From NCBI GenBank assembly GCA_030754655.1, contig JASLZX010000004.1, positions 30,095-94,094 on the forward strand: a stretch of DNA of 64,000 nt, in the 5' to 3' direction. A program made the translations under genes and the position numbers. The stretch comes from Candidatus Poseidoniia archaeon. GTDB taxonomy: Archaea; Thermoplasmatota; Poseidoniia; MGIII; CG-Epi1. Below are positions 48,500-59,625 of this stretch, piece by piece. The notes beneath the pieces were generated by a model. The model was given only the letters and a program-made list of their open reading frames with translations. It was not told the DNA's origin and ran no database searches. Positions within the stretch are counted from its first letter, which is position 1, and each line of letters starts with the position of its first letter.

Positions 48500-51120
48500 C
48501 GTCTCCATACTACCCACACTGCACCACCGTTGGCCAGTGCTGCGGCTGCCAGCCCGAGCGTGAGCGCGAGTCGATGTGCCTCATTAAGTGGCAGTTTCCC
48601 GCGTGGCTGACCCGGGGGCTGTGGTGACTGGTGCTGTTGTGCTACCGGCTGCTCGCCATTCGGGCCCTGCAGGTGTTCTAGGTCATTGGCGCTCTGCAGG
48701 AACAGCGCGAAGTCGTTCTCGGGATGGTTGTCGGCGCGGAACATCGCGCTGACCGCGATGCGTTCGCCCGGCTCGAGCGCGACCGGATGCTGGCCGAAAA
48801 TCAGCATCACCATCGCGTTGCGCTCGACGGGGTCGCACAACAGCGCCGCGTCGGAGTCGCGCAGCTCGACCACCTCGGCACTCCCAACGTGGACGCGCCG
48901 GTCAAGGAATTGCTGCGGCGTCTCAATCAGTTGGAAGATGGTAACCTCAGTCGCAGGCGGCTGCGGCTGCCCGGTGTGATTCCAGCGCTGCTGCAGGTCG
49001 CTTTCGGCGTCGGCGAACGCGACCGCGCCCGACGCGATGATGAGCGCTGCGATGGCCAGCGCCAGCCACTTGCCCCGCTCCAGCGAACCGGAAATCTGCG
49101 CCAACCCGGCCGCCGCTAGGATTCCGGCCGGCGGTGCCAGTGGGAGGTAGTAGCGGATGTCGGTGAAGGTATTGGCGAGTACCCACCCTTGCGTCAGGTA
49201 GATGACACTGATAGAGCTGAGCCACCATCCCAGCGCGACGCCCGCAGCAGGCTGGCGCCGCAGTGCCCACGCGCCGGGGAGCGCACAGAGCAGCGCGGGA
49301 AAGAATACGACGACGAACTTGGCGACTTGCGGCAGGTTTTCGCGCTCCTGCTCGCCCAGATTGATGTAGCCGTCCCACATCGATACCGACGCCTCGTGCG
49401 TCTCGACCGTCAGGTTGTCACCGTCGCTCGAGACCTCGAGTTGGTTGCGCGACTGGTAGCCGGAGTTGAACGACCCGCCGAAGTAGTGCGCGTTGTAGGC
49501 GGCGAGCGGAATGCCGACCAGCAGCAGCCCCACCGTCAGCGCCCCGGCCTGCAACAGCGGGTCGCGCACCGCCGGCCACGCCAGCGCCGTCTGCAGCCGC
49601 TGTACAAGTTCGCGCGTCCGCCCGGCCGGCAGGTTGAGCCAGCCGATGTAGAGATACGGCGCGCCAGCCATCACGACCGTCGTGTAGCGCATCGTCACCC
49701 CCAGTCCGAACAGCACCCCCCCGCCGAGTGCCAGCAGCAGCACGGCGCGGCTGGCACCCTCCCGCCGTCCGCGGTGCGCCGCCTCGACGACCAGCCACAG
49801 ACCGGGCAGCGCGAACGAGACGGCAGCTAAGTCGCCCATCCACTGGCTGAACCAGAGGAGCAGGATGGTCGCGTTGGCGAGTGTGAGGACCGTTGCGACC
49901 CACGCCACGCGCCAGCCGCACCAGCGGCGCGCCAACCCGTAGGTCGCAACGCCGGCCATCAGCGCTAGCAGCGTGCCGAAGAGCGCCTCGGCGCCCAGAA
50001 GAATCAGTGGCATCAGCGCCGCGCTCGGACCGGGCGGCCAGTGGTTGACGTAGTGGTATTCGCCGTCGACCTTGGCGATGCCGGACGCCAGCGGTGGGTC
50101 GTAGCCCTCGATAAGCCAGTGGCTTGCCAGTTGGTATTCGCCCAGCTCCAGATTGCGCTCCGCGACCAGCGTGCCGTTGGCACCGGTCGTGCCGATCAGC
50201 TCCGACGTGGCGTCCGGCCCGCGCGGTGCCAGCTCGACGCTGGCGCCGGTGACGGGAACGCCGAAAAGGTCCTGCAGAGCGACAGACAGCCGCACCTGCT
50301 CAACCACTGCGGCGCTGCGTCGTCCTTGCCCGTCGGTCGCCCCCAGCTCGCGACTGTCCAGCAGCAGGCTCGCGCCGGCGACCGGGTCGCCGTCGCGCTC
50401 GACCCGCAGGGTGCCGCGCTTTGCCCCCAGGTCGCCCAGCTCCAGCCGCCCCTGCGCGTCGGTCTCGCCGCGCGACTGGCCGTTGAAGCGCACCGTGAGC
50501 CCCTCGCGGTCGCCCGGGAGCTGCACCTCGAGCAGCCCGCCGAGGCTGCGGTCGGTCAGGAACTCGATACTCGTCAGCGACGCGATGCCGTAGCGCGCCG
50601 CGTTGCCGAGCGGCACCTCGAGCAGCGTGCGGTAGACCACGCTCTGGCCGTCGCGCGACGCGCGCACCTGCAGCGGCGGGTTGCCGGCCGGGAGCCCGCG
50701 CAGCTCCGCCGTGCCCTGCGCGTCGGTCGTGGCTTCGAGCGCGCCTTGTGGGCGCGGGATGCTGACGCTGGCGTTGACCGCCGGCGCGCCGTCGTTGAAC
50801 GCCACGCTGACGCGCAAGTCATCCGCGCGCCCGTCGGGATCCAGCGCGACGATTTCCCACGCCACCTGCAGCGGCGGCACTCCGCTATCGATGGAGATCG
50901 CCTCTTCGTCACGGTAGTCGCCGTTGGCCAGTTGCAGCGGCAGCGACCAGTAGCCGTCAAGGTAGAGTTCGGCCCACGGGTAGTAGCCCTCCTCGTCCTT
51001 CAGGTGCCCCGCCGCGACTAGGTCGTGCGGCTGCGCGAGCATCCAGCCCGACAGGAGCAGGAACGCCAGTACCAGCAGCGCCAGCGCCGGCCGCTCGCGG
51101 TCCAGCTTGACAATTGCCAT
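48478..51120 (-). CDS. GT-C fold (ArnT/PMT-like) membrane glycosyltransferase-like protein with large inserted Ig/transthyretin-like region
   Basis: TM1 followed by the acidic KDEEGY motif, about 300 aa of TTDAQG-type beta repeats, then NHWPPG, many TM helices and RYYLP. Confidence 0.65.
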   Translation of the reverse strand: MAIVKLDRERPALALLVLAFLLLSGWMLAQPHDLVAAGHLKDEEGYYPWAELYLDGYWSLPLQLANGDYRDEEAISIDSGVPPLQVAWEIVALDPDGRADDLRVSVAFNDGAPAVNASVSIPRPQGALEATTDAQGTAELRGLPAGNPPLQVRASRDGQSVVYRTLLEVPLGNAARYGIASLTSIEFLTDRSLGGLLEVQLPGDREGLTVRFNGQSRGETDAQGRLELGDLGAKRGTLRVERDGDPVAGASLLLDSRELGATDGQGRRSAAVVEQVRLSVALQDLFGVPVTGASVELAPRGPDATSELIGTTGANGTLVAERNLELGEYQLASHWLIEGYDPPLASGIAKVDGEYHYVNHWPPGPSAALMPLILLGAEALFGTLLALMAGVATYGLARRWCGWRVAWVATVLTLANATILLLWFSQWMGDLAAVSFALPGLWLVVEAAHRGRREGASRAVLLLALGGGVLFGLGVTMRYTTVVMAGAPYLYIGWLNLPAGRTRELVQRLQTALAWPAVRDPLLQAGALTVGLLLVGIPLAAYNAHYFGGSFNSGYQSRNQLEVSSDGDNLTVETHEASVSMWDGYINLGEQERENLPQVAKFVVVFFPALLCALPGAWALRRQPAAGVALGWWLSSISVIYLTQGWVLANTFTDIRYYLPLAPPAGILAAAGLAQISGSLERGKWLALAIAALIIASGAVAFADAESDLQQRWNHTGQPQPPATEVTIFQLIETPQQFLDRRVHVGSAEVVELRDSDAALLCDPVERNAMVMLIFGQHPVALEPGERIAVSAMFRADNHPENDFALFLQSANDLEHLQGPNGEQPVAQQHQSPQPPGQPRGKLPLNEAHRLALTLGLAAAALANGGAVWVVWRRGGPAGI

Positions 51121-51216
51121 GCGGAGTTCCACAGGATCGGAGCCGCCGTGCGATATTTAGGAGTCGTGCAGCCTTGCCGGGCGCTGAATAGTAATAACCG
51201 CCACCACTCGCCGCGC

Positions 51217-51885
51217 GTGACCACACCGGAAATGCAGCCGCTTGACTTCCGCGAACTGCCGCTGGAGGAGATGCAGGCGCGCGTCAGTGATTTCGTCGCT
51301 GACCTGCGCCGCCGCCGCACGGTGCGCCACTTCACGGACCGGGCGGTGCCGCGCACGCTCATCGAGGAGTGCCTGCGTGCGGCCAACTCGGCGCCGAGCG
51401 GCGGCAACAGGCAGCCATGGCACTTCGTCATCGTCAGCGACGCAGAAACCAAGTCACGCATCCGTGAGGCGGCTGAGGCGGAGGAATACGAACTCTACCA
51501 CAAGCGAGCATCCGACGAATGGCTCGAGGCGCTGGCAGTGCTGGGCACGGACGAGCACAAGCCGTTCCTTGAAATCGCACCGTGGCTGATTGTGGTATTT
51601 GCCGAGATCTGGGGGGTCAGTCCGGATGGAAGCAAGAAAAAGAATTTCTACGTTCAGGAGTCGGTTGGAATCGCGACCGGGTTCCTGATCGCTGCGCTGC
51701 ACCGCGCCGGGCTGGCGACATTGACGCATACACCCAGTCCGATGGGGTTTCTGCGCGACATCCTTGGCCGTGGCGAGAACGAGCGCGCGTTCCTGATTCT
51801 CGTGACTGGCTACCCTGCCGATGACGCCGAGGTGCCGGTGTTCGAGAAGAAGAAACTGGATGACGTAACGAGCTTCCGCGAGTGA
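51217..51885 (+). CDS. Iodotyrosine deiodinase-like nitroreductase
   Basis: [19 protein letters not shown], lid E-x3-Y...HKPFL and TLTHTP matching the IYD subgroup. Confidence 0.85.
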   Translation: MTTPEMQPLDFRELPLEEMQARVSDFVADLRRRRTVRHFTDRAVPRTLIEECLRAANSAPSGGNRQPWHFVIVSDAETKSRIREAAEAEEYELYHKRASDEWLEALAVLGTDEHKPFLEIAPWLIVVFAEIWGVSPDGSKKKNFYVQESVGIATGFLIAALHRAGLATLTHTPSPMGFLRDILGRGENERAFLILVTGYPADDAEVPVFEKKKLDDVTSFRE

Positions 51886-53147
51886 GCGACGCCGATATAG
51901 AGCGGCCACGCGAGCTCTATGCGTACCACGCCACCAGTTCTTTCGCGTCCGATATCTCGATGTCCTATTTCGGGTACTTTGCGGTGCGACTGGGCGCCTC
52001 GTTCGAACTGCTCGCGTGGATGCAGTCGCTCAACAACCTGCTTCCCAACACGCTGCAGCACTTCTGGGGCTGGATATCTGACCGCCGGGCGCACAGGGCC
52101 TTCTGGATAATCCTTGGTTCGGCCCTTGGGGGGTTTGCCCTTTGGCTGCTCTCAGAAGCCCAGACTCCCGAGGAGGTGCTGGTGCTACTGGTACTCTATT
52201 CCGCCTCTCTCTCGCTCGTACAGCCAACCTGGGCGGCGCTGCAGGGAGACTGGATTCCAGCGGGCAGGCGTGGCAGGGTGCTCAGCCGGTTCCACGTAGT
52301 GGGAGGCATGGCTGGCCTGGTTGGCTCGCTCGTAGCGCTCTGGTTCGTGTACAATTCGGGTAACGAGACCGCCGACGGCTTTCGCCCCCTGTTCGTTATG
52401 GCTGCGACCGCAACCGCGCTGGGAGGTCTGATACTGGTGCGGGTGCCCTACCGGGACCCCGGGGCCATACCTGATGAACAGCAGACCGAGCAGGCTCGCA
52501 TCGCACACTCCGACGCGTTTCAGGGTTTTGTGCGGGTCCAGATGGTCTATACCCTGCTGATGTCGCTCATCTGGCCCCTGTTCGCGGTCCTGCTCATTCG
52601 GGTCATTGGCGCGACCAACACTGAACTGGTAATTTTCTCGATACTGGGTGCAGCAGCCGAGATGGCGTTCCAGCCGCTGATGGGTCGTCTGGTCGACCGC
52701 GTCGGGCCACTGCAGGTCATGTTCATCAGCCGTATTGGCTTTGCAGCGCTCCCGTTCATCTACGTGCTCTGGCAGGACCTGTGGGTCTACTACGCCCTGC
52801 AGGTGGTCATTTTCGGCCCATGTTTCAGTGCGTTCCTGATATCGACCAACACCCTCATCCTGGACTTGGCACCCAGCGGTGAGCGGGCGGGCTACTTCAG
52901 CTACTACAACACCCGCATCGGGATTACTACCTTCATTGGCGCACTGGCCGGCGGTTATCTGGCCGGATTCCTCGACGGCTATCTCGGTAGCACGGCGCAG
53001 GCCATCTACTGGGTATTCGTGATTTCCGGTACCGGCCGGCTCTTGGCGTCGTTACCCTACCTACGACTCACGTCACCGCGCCGCTATCCTGCCTCACTGC
53101 AGCTACTCGACCGGCTGGCCGAGGCTCGCCGGCCATGGCGGCGCTAG
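51882..53147 (+). CDS. MFS transporter
   Basis: About 12 TM helices with GWISDRR and GRLVDRVG loop motifs; GTGA overlap with the IYD-like gene. Confidence 0.88.
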   Translation: MSDADIERPRELYAYHATSSFASDISMSYFGYFAVRLGASFELLAWMQSLNNLLPNTLQHFWGWISDRRAHRAFWIILGSALGGFALWLLSEAQTPEEVLVLLVLYSASLSLVQPTWAALQGDWIPAGRRGRVLSRFHVVGGMAGLVGSLVALWFVYNSGNETADGFRPLFVMAATATALGGLILVRVPYRDPGAIPDEQQTEQARIAHSDAFQGFVRVQMVYTLLMSLIWPLFAVLLIRVIGATNTELVIFSILGAAAEMAFQPLMGRLVDRVGPLQVMFISRIGFAALPFIYVLWQDLWVYYALQVVIFGPCFSAFLISTNTLILDLAPSGERAGYFSYYNTRIGITTFIGALAGGYLAGFLDGYLGSTAQAIYWVFVISGTGRLLASLPYLRLTSPRRYPASLQLLDRLAEARRPWRR

Positions 53148-54218
53148 CTATCCGTAGAATTTCTGCAGGAGCAGGTGGAAATGGTGCACCCCGACCTCCT
53201 TGGCTGGAGAGTATCTTCCCCGGTCATATGACTGCGACATGACGCCCCTCTGCACGGCTTCGACTATTTCCCCGTCTTCCAGTTCAACCTTGTCCAGGTC
53301 ACTTCCGGCCCCCTTGCCCTGAAGTTTCTCTTTCCAGACGTATGTCAGGTACTGAATCCTGGTCCTGGCGGGTTCTGCCGGTTCCACGACGTTGACCGAG
53401 AGCCCCCATGGATAGAAATTGAACATCATATTCGGAAAGAGGAAGAAATAGTAGGCTGCTATGTTCCTGCCCCGGTCCTGATGGCCCTCGGGGAGTTCGA
53501 AAGTTGCTTCGCTATCCTTCCCAATCCCGATTTGCAGCACGACATTTTCGACAGCCTCTGTGCGGTACTCATCGTAATCCAGTTCCCTGTTCAATCCCTT
53601 GTGCACGTGCGGGATATGGAACCCCTCCAGGTAGTTATCGCAGTACAGTGCCCAGTTCGCATTGATTTCGTAGCTCCTTGACAATTCTGGCTTGAATCTG
53701 AATTTGTCCAGTGGCAACCACCCCATCCGGTCTGCCATGGGTCCCGTCAACTCAGAAAGTTCGCATTTCTTGTCATTGATGACGAACATCATATTTTCCC
53801 AGAAATCAGTCTCGATTTCGGGCAGGTCATCGCCGGGTCCGGGATAATTTTCCACATCCTCGAACTCGGGCATGAACTTCAGTTCCCCGTCCACGCTGAA
53901 CTGCCTGCCGTGATAGCCGCAGACAAGGGTTTTCGTATCGCATGCTTCTTTGCAGACGATATTGCCGCGGTGGGTGCAGACGTTTGAAAGGCACTTGATC
54001 CTGCTCCGGTCCTTCGTCAGTATGTATGGTTAGTCAAGCATGCCCTCCAGGATAATCCCGGGATGGACGTTGCAGGTTTCTAGGAGGTCGGTATTCCCCA
54101 CGAATTGCCAGCTCTTGTTGAACATACTTTTCAGGTTCCTGAAAACCTCTTCGCTGTGGTAGAACTCTGATGGAATCGTCCTAGCGACTCGAATGTCCTC
54201 GTCGACATCAAATATCAT
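53148..54218 (-). pseudogene. Rieske aromatic ring-hydroxylating oxygenase alpha subunit (choline monooxygenase-like) with an internal in-frame stop
   Basis: One 357-codon frame with TAA at 54030-54032 (MLD*PYIL). Rieske NVCTHRG and CGYHG motifs and the Fe motif DNYLEGFHIPHVH...ED are intact. Confidence 0.85.
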
Positions 54219-54221
54219 GGT

Positions 54222-55091
54222 CTACTTTCTACGCGAACGGGTCCGGACGCTGCTGGTGCGCGAGCGCCTCACAGGTGATCGACCTCGGCGTGAGCGCGTA
54301 TGGCCGAAACGATTTCCGAATCCCCAACCCATTCCTCCCATCCTATGCATGCCCATACCGGTCATTTGTCTTCCGATATTACTTGCCAAGGAAAAAATAG
54401 CCAGGATTACGAATACAATACCAATTGGCAGACAGCATAGTATGAACGCAAGCTCTGAACCGGGCTCGTTCACGATGTAATTTTCACTGGGGTTGTCAGG
54501 GTTATAGTGGACGGTGACTGTGCCGTTGACTGCATACCGTCCTTCAAGTTCTTCTTGGCAGCTGCTTTCACCATAGTCGCCATCAATATATTCTTTGTTA
54601 CTGTAGACGCGGTTATCAGCGGTGAAGTTGTAGCTGACTTCAATCCCACACGAGAAGGTTTCCTTGCATTCGTGGTCATCGTAGTAGCCATCATCGTTAT
54701 CGTCCGTGCATTCCTCGCCAACTTCATCCTCGTAGTAGGTCTCCCAAACCGTGCCTTCTACTGTAGGCCAGCTGGCGACATCTTCTGCATTCTGGCTGTA
54801 AAGATAGATACCGAGTAACCCGCTACCTACCAGTAGCAGGACAGCTACCACAACAACGATGATTATGTTCCGGTCGGAGCTGGAATCATCTCTAGAGTCG
54901 CCAGAACTACTTGCAGGAGTGGAGCCGCCGAAATACTTCGAGTCGGACATGTAGGAATCGTCATCGGTGCCCCTGCGCCACTCCTCGTATTCCTTGCTGT
55001 CGAGCTCAAACGAGTCATCCTCTCTGTCATCGACAGGCTTGCGCGGCTTTCCGCTGTCGTGCGAAACCCAGCCCTCGTCGTCGCTTGCCAT
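54222..55091 (-). CDS. DUF3592-like membrane protein
   Basis: SWPTVEGTV and VTVHYNPDNPSE motifs between TM helices; acidic N-terminus and Arg/Ser-rich tail. Confidence 0.75.
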   Translation of the reverse strand: MASDDEGWVSHDSGKPRKPVDDREDDSFELDSKEYEEWRRGTDDDSYMSDSKYFGGSTPASSSGDSRDDSSSDRNIIIVVVVAVLLLVGSGLLGIYLYSQNAEDVASWPTVEGTVWETYYEDEVGEECTDDNDDGYYDDHECKETFSCGIEVSYNFTADNRVYSNKEYIDGDYGESSCQEELEGRYAVNGTVTVHYNPDNPSENYIVNEPGSELAFILCCLPIGIVFVILAIFSLASNIGRQMTGMGMHRMGGMGWGFGNRFGHTRSRRGRSPVRRSRTSSVRTRSRRK

Positions 55092-55218
55092 GTTCGTTTT
55101 CCCCGGCCTAGCCCGGTATAGCAGGAGCCAGATAACCGCTATTTAACGCTAATACGATAATTCCCGTTCAAAATATTTTGTGAAACGCGCTTATATATGG
55201 CGACCACGTCCAAAACCC

Positions 55219-57552
55219 ATGCGCCAAAGCCTGTTTGTGGCCCTGATGCTTTGCCTGACGCCCGTGCTAGCGGGCTGCCTCGACTCCCTGACTGGAGACG
55301 AGGAGCTCCGCACCGGCTGTACCTACACCGAGGCGGAGAACTGGGACCCCCAGGCGCAGATTGACGATGGATCCTGTGATCTGGGTCTTGAAGGTTGTAC
55401 GTATGAAGGCGCTGAAAACTACAATCCCTCATTCGTGGTAGACGATGGTTCCTGTGTTTTTGCCGATCCGGTCGTTGGATGTATGGACCCTGCAGCCAGC
55501 AACTACAACTCGTATGCTGAATATGACGACGACTCATGCGTGTACCTGCTTGGCTGCACATACGCGGACGCCGACAACTACGATTTGTCTGCACAGGTAG
55601 ATAACGGAACCTGTGAATTTGCAGAACCAGTGACCGGCTGCATGGATGACGCAGCCACTAATTACAATCAGTACGCCGAGTATGATGATGATTCATGTGA
55701 ATACATCTCAGGTTGCACCTACGATGATGCAGATAACTACAATTCCAGTGCAACTGTGGATGACGGGAGTTGTAATTTCCCCGACCCTGTTCTTGGCTGC
55801 ACGGATGATGCCGCAGCTAACTACAACCCCTACGCGACGATAGACGACGATTCCTGCTATTACCTGTACGCGAGCCTGACGAGCGAGGAGTTCAACGACT
55901 TTGCCAACCTGTTCACGGAGCAGAAAGATTTCACGCAGTGGTCGGATGACTTTGACCGCTTCGGCTCTGAAATGCAAATAAATCCGATAACTATGATGGG
56001 AGAAATGGATGAAGGCGGTGAGGGGGGCGATAATGGCACTGAAGATGATGAAGAGGAGGAAATGCCTGAAGAAATGTACATTGTCCTCGGGATGCAGAAA
56101 GATGACGCGAGTCAGATTTTCACGGCCACTTTCGGCATGGAAATGAGTATGGAGGGAGATCCCATGGAGATGGGGGCAGAAGATGGTGAAGCCAAGATGT
56201 CACTCAGGATGACGTCAGTGAGACAGGGTCCAGGGTGCACCAGTGGGGACTGCACCTTGACCAACGAGGTCATGGAGGTTTCCATGTACGTTGGCTCCGA
56301 AAGTCCCGGTACAAAGATGATTATGTCGATGTACATGTTTGCTACCACCTACAGCCGTGACATGGTGCCCTACTATGGTGACCCTGTTGCCGAACTCCCG
56401 GGTGGCGGCAGTTTCTTCTTGGGGCAAAGTGAACCTGAAGAGGTCGAAATCATAAGGGATGGCGATAACGTGAGGTTTTCGCCCGCTGAAATAGAGATAG
56501 AGGTCGATACCACCATAATCTGGTATAACGATGATGATACGGCCCATACCGTCACCGCTGATGGAACTTTCGACTCAGGTGATATAGATCCATATAGTGA
56601 GTGGGAATACACCTTCGGAGAGGTCGGTGAGTACGCCTACTATAGTGATAAGACCGAGGACAAGGACCCTTTTGGAAATTTGACGGGCAGGGTCATTGTC
56701 ACGGAGATAGAGTCGATTGACCTAGATTGGGATACCGAAGCGGGAGTGGGATTGGATTCCGATGACGATGGCAAGGATGACTGGATTGAATATTACGCCT
56801 ATGCCTGGGATGACGAGGACAATATGAGCATTGCCGCGACTCTGACACAGAATATCGAGACTGGTACGTTGTATCCGAGACATCTGGAGTTCCACAATGA
56901 GACTGGCGTACCAATCATGGCTTTCGAGTTCTGGTACGGTGACGAAGTCTACATCGAGCTGAATGACGACGAAGGCCTGAACAAGTCCGCAACCCAGTTC
57001 AATTGGGACGCAGACTCCTACGATGACAACGAAACATCGCAGAACGTCTATGAGGGGACGATATCGGAGGGTAATGGCAATTACATGCAGGAAGCCCCCA
57101 ACGATGAGATGGAGATTCGGGTTCTTGAGGCGTATGAAGGCAGCGATGATGAAGGTCCCGATATTGGTGATCCTTTCGGCGGGGACGAGGAAGAAGGCGG
57201 CCGGGAGAATGCCAGGGTAGTGGCTAGTATGGTCCTCTCAGATGGAGGGGCCGACATGGTTGATACCGAAACTGGCTGCCATTGGTACATCACGTGGAAC
57301 GATAACGATGGGGATGGTCTTGTATCTGTGAACGACACGTACGAAATCCGCAGCGACAAGATGGGCACCGGCGGCGAAGTCTGCAACCGCGAGGACGAGA
57401 ACGGCAACGCCACCTACGTAATCGAGTTCTTCGACCTCTGGGCCGATGCATACGTCGATGGTCCCAACCCGGCATTAGCGCCTGGTTTCACGGGGCTGTT
57501 TGCGGCCTTTGCCATCGCGGGCCTGGCCGGCCTGCGCCGCCGCCGGCGTTAG
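55219..57552 (+). CDS. Acidic cell-surface protein: lipobox, 7 Cys-rich repeats, degenerate cupredoxin domain, PGF-CTERM
   Basis: LAGC, GC(T/M)xxxAxN(Y/W)...D(D/N)xSC-type repeats, FSP..I...HTVT..FDSG cupredoxin pattern and APGF-TM-RRRRR. Confidence 0.85.
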   Translation: MRQSLFVALMLCLTPVLAGCLDSLTGDEELRTGCTYTEAENWDPQAQIDDGSCDLGLEGCTYEGAENYNPSFVVDDGSCVFADPVVGCMDPAASNYNSYAEYDDDSCVYLLGCTYADADNYDLSAQVDNGTCEFAEPVTGCMDDAATNYNQYAEYDDDSCEYISGCTYDDADNYNSSATVDDGSCNFPDPVLGCTDDAAANYNPYATIDDDSCYYLYASLTSEEFNDFANLFTEQKDFTQWSDDFDRFGSEMQINPITMMGEMDEGGEGGDNGTEDDEEEEMPEEMYIVLGMQKDDASQIFTATFGMEMSMEGDPMEMGAEDGEAKMSLRMTSVRQGPGCTSGDCTLTNEVMEVSMYVGSESPGTKMIMSMYMFATTYSRDMVPYYGDPVAELPGGGSFFLGQSEPEEVEIIRDGDNVRFSPAEIEIEVDTTIIWYNDDDTAHTVTADGTFDSGDIDPYSEWEYTFGEVGEYAYYSDKTEDKDPFGNLTGRVIVTEIESIDLDWDTEAGVGLDSDDDGKDDWIEYYAYAWDDEDNMSIAATLTQNIETGTLYPRHLEFHNETGVPIMAFEFWYGDEVYIELNDDEGLNKSATQFNWDADSYDDNETSQNVYEGTISEGNGNYMQEAPNDEMEIRVLEAYEGSDDEGPDIGDPFGGDEEEGGRENARVVASMVLSDGGADMVDTETGCHWYITWNDNDGDGLVSVNDTYEIRSDKMGTGGEVCNREDENGNATYVIEFFDLWADAYVDGPNPALAPGFTGLFAAFAIAGLAGLRRRRR
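55315..55857 (+). repeat. Seven intragenic ~25-28-aa GC...DDxSC repeats
   Basis: Examples are [42 protein letters not shown] and [21 protein letters not shown]. Confidence 0.88.
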
Positions 57553-58700
57553 CCGAAGCGGTCGCGAACCCGCTCGAAGAGCGAAGGCGACTCGCCGTCC
57601 AGCTCGCGTAGCTGCTCCCACGCCGGGCGCGACTTACGTCCAGCCTTCGGGATGCGGACGTTGACCCGCACGTGCTGGTCGCCGTAGTGGCCGGCGCGCG
57701 CTAGGTCGGGCATCCCCTTGCCGCGCAGCCGCAGCACCGCGCCCGACTGGGTTCCCGCGGGCACCTTCAGCTTGACCTTGCCGGCGAGCGTCGGCACCTT
57801 GATTTCATCGCCTAGCACCGCCTGCGCCGGCGTTATCTCCAGCTCGAGCACGATTTCAGTCTCCTGCCGCTGGAAGGTGCGGTGGCGCCGGACGTTGGTG
57901 ATGACGTAAAGGTCTCCGCGAGGCCCGTTGCGCGGGCCGGCCGAGCCCTGCCCGTGCAGGCGCAGCCGGTGGCCGTCATCAATCCCGGGGGGGATGGTTA
58001 GCTTGATTTTCTTCCGCGCCTCGCGAACGCCGCGCCCGCGGCAGCCGCTGCACGGCTTGTCGACGTTTTTCCCGTCGCCGCCGCACTGCGGGCACTCGCC
58101 GGTCTGGACCGTCTGCATGAAGCCGCGCCGTTGGACGTGCTGTACCATCCCGCGACCGCCGCACTGGCTGCAGGTCACAGCGCTGCCCCCTTCGGCCGCG
58201 CCGCTGCCGGAGCAGTCGCCGCACGCTTCGTCACGCGGGATAGTCACTTGCTGCTCGAGGCCGCTGTAGGCCTGCTCGAGGCTCAGCGTCAGGTCGTAGC
58301 GCAGGTCGGCGCCGTGGTTGCGCGGGCCGCGCTGTCGGGCGCCCCCACCGAAGAACTGCGAGAAAAGGTCGCCCATCCCGCCGCCACCACCGCCGCCGAA
58401 GAGCTGGCCGAAAATATCCGAAATGTCGCCCTGGTGGGTGAAGTCGTCCCACGAGAAGCCGCCGCCGCCGAAGTTGACCCCTTCGTGGCCGTGGCGGTCG
58501 TAGCGCGGCCGCTTCTCGTCGTCGGCCAGCACTTCGTACGCCTCGGAGATTTCCTTGAATTTCTCCTCGGCCTCGGACTGGTTTTCGCGGTTGGCGTCGG
58601 GGTGGTATTTCCGCGCCAGTGTGCGGTACGCCTTCTTGATTTCCGCCTTCGACGCGTCCCGTTTGATACCGAGCACTTTGTAGTAGTCCCGCTTCGCCAT
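57549..58700 (-). CDS. dnaJ: Chaperone DnaJ
   Basis: J domain with HPD, G/F region and four CxxCxGxG repeats. Confidence 0.96.
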   Translation of the reverse strand: MAKRDYYKVLGIKRDASKAEIKKAYRTLARKYHPDANRENQSEAEEKFKEISEAYEVLADDEKRPRYDRHGHEGVNFGGGGFSWDDFTHQGDISDIFGQLFGGGGGGGMGDLFSQFFGGGARQRGPRNHGADLRYDLTLSLEQAYSGLEQQVTIPRDEACGDCSGSGAAEGGSAVTCSQCGGRGMVQHVQRRGFMQTVQTGECPQCGGDGKNVDKPCSGCRGRGVREARKKIKLTIPPGIDDGHRLRLHGQGSAGPRNGPRGDLYVITNVRRHRTFQRQETEIVLELEITPAQAVLGDEIKVPTLAGKVKLKVPAGTQSGAVLRLRGKGMPDLARAGHYGDQHVRVNVRIPKAGRKSRPAWEQLRELDGESPSLFERVRDRFG

Positions 58701-58734
58701 GGCGGCGGCGCTACTTCCCGGCGGATTTAAGCTT

Positions 58735-59625
58735 TCAGAATTGTTTGCGCTCTAGCATCCGCGAGGCGAGCATGAAGGTAACCGCCGTCACCGCCAGCAG
58801 CACGCCGACCGATTGCCACGGGTCGGTCGCGATGGAAGTCACGGTGGCCGAAAAATCGGTTACGGTCTCGACCGTCAGGTTCAGGCTGTCCGCCTCTACA
58901 TCGAGGTATTTCAGTCGCGGCAGCGCGAATGAACGCAGGTAGTGCATGATGCTGAAGCGCTGTGAATCGCCGCTCGCCAGCATCACTTCCCATACCAGCC
59001 AGTAGATCAGCGAGACCGGCAGCGGCCGTTGCACCAGTGCGTTGATGAGCAGGAATATGCTGGTGTAGGCGAGCGACGCCAGCAGCAGCGTCCCGAGCAC
59101 CGCGCCGAGCAGCGGCAGGTGCTCGCGCAGGCCGAAGCTGCCGCCGTGTGCCAGCAGCGCCAGATACATGACCGTGAGCGGCGTTCCCACCGCGACGAAA
59201 GTGCCGAGAGTGCCAGCGAGCAGTTTGGGGAGCAGGATTTCGTACATCCGTACTGGTGAGGTGCGCAGCAGCTGCATCGTCTTTTGTTTGAACTCGGTGT
59301 TGAGCAATTCAACCGCTCCCAGCAGCGCCACCAGCGCTACTACCAAGGGCAGATAGAGGTGGAAGGCGAGACCGTAGAACACGTCGGCCATCACCGCGTG
59401 CAGCACTTCCCCTTCGAAGACGCGCACCTCGTCACCGGCGATGACCTGCGTCTCCACTTTACCACGGCTGTCGTACCAGAACCAGCCTGAGAGCAGCCCC
59501 GGAGTCAGCAGCAGCGCGGCGATAATCAGCGTGCTGCGCGCCAGCAGGAACTGCCGCACGCCGTCGCGGAACACCGGCCGGCCAATTTGCAGCAGCCGCG
59601 CCACTTCCTCGCCTACGCTTTCCAC
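58735..59625 (-). CDS. ABC-2 type exporter permease
   Basis: About six TM helices and [15 protein letters not shown]...KLL motif. Confidence 0.82.
   Translation of the reverse strand: MESVGEEVARLLQIGRPVFRDGVRQFLLARSTLIIAALLLTPGLLSGWFWYDSRGKVETQVIAGDEVRVFEGEVLHAVMADVFYGLAFHLYLPLVVALVALLGAVELLNTEFKQKTMQLLRTSPVRMYEILLPKLLAGTLGTFVAVGTPLTVMYLALLAHGGSFGLREHLPLLGAVLGTLLLASLAYTSIFLLINALVQRPLPVSLIYWLVWEVMLASGDSQRFSIMHYLRSFALPRLKYLDVEADSLNLTVETVTDFSATVTSIATDPWQSVGVLLAVTAVTFMLASRMLERKQF

Noticed and set aside
54030-54032. Selenocysteine/pyrrolysine recoding of the Rieske stop
   Set aside because: The codon is TAA, not TGA or TAG, and the position corresponds to an ordinary Glu.
55315-55857. Regularly spaced repeats as a possible CRISPR array or DGR template
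   Set aside because: The repeats are degenerate, in frame and protein-coding, and no cas gene or reverse transcriptase is present.
48423-57552. Integrated element at tRNA-Ala
   Set aside because: No integrase and no duplicated tRNA 3' end were found by eye in the window.
57549-58700. dnaJ without adjacent dnaK/grpE
   Set aside because: Dispersed chaperone genes are common, and the partners may lie elsewhere in the genome.
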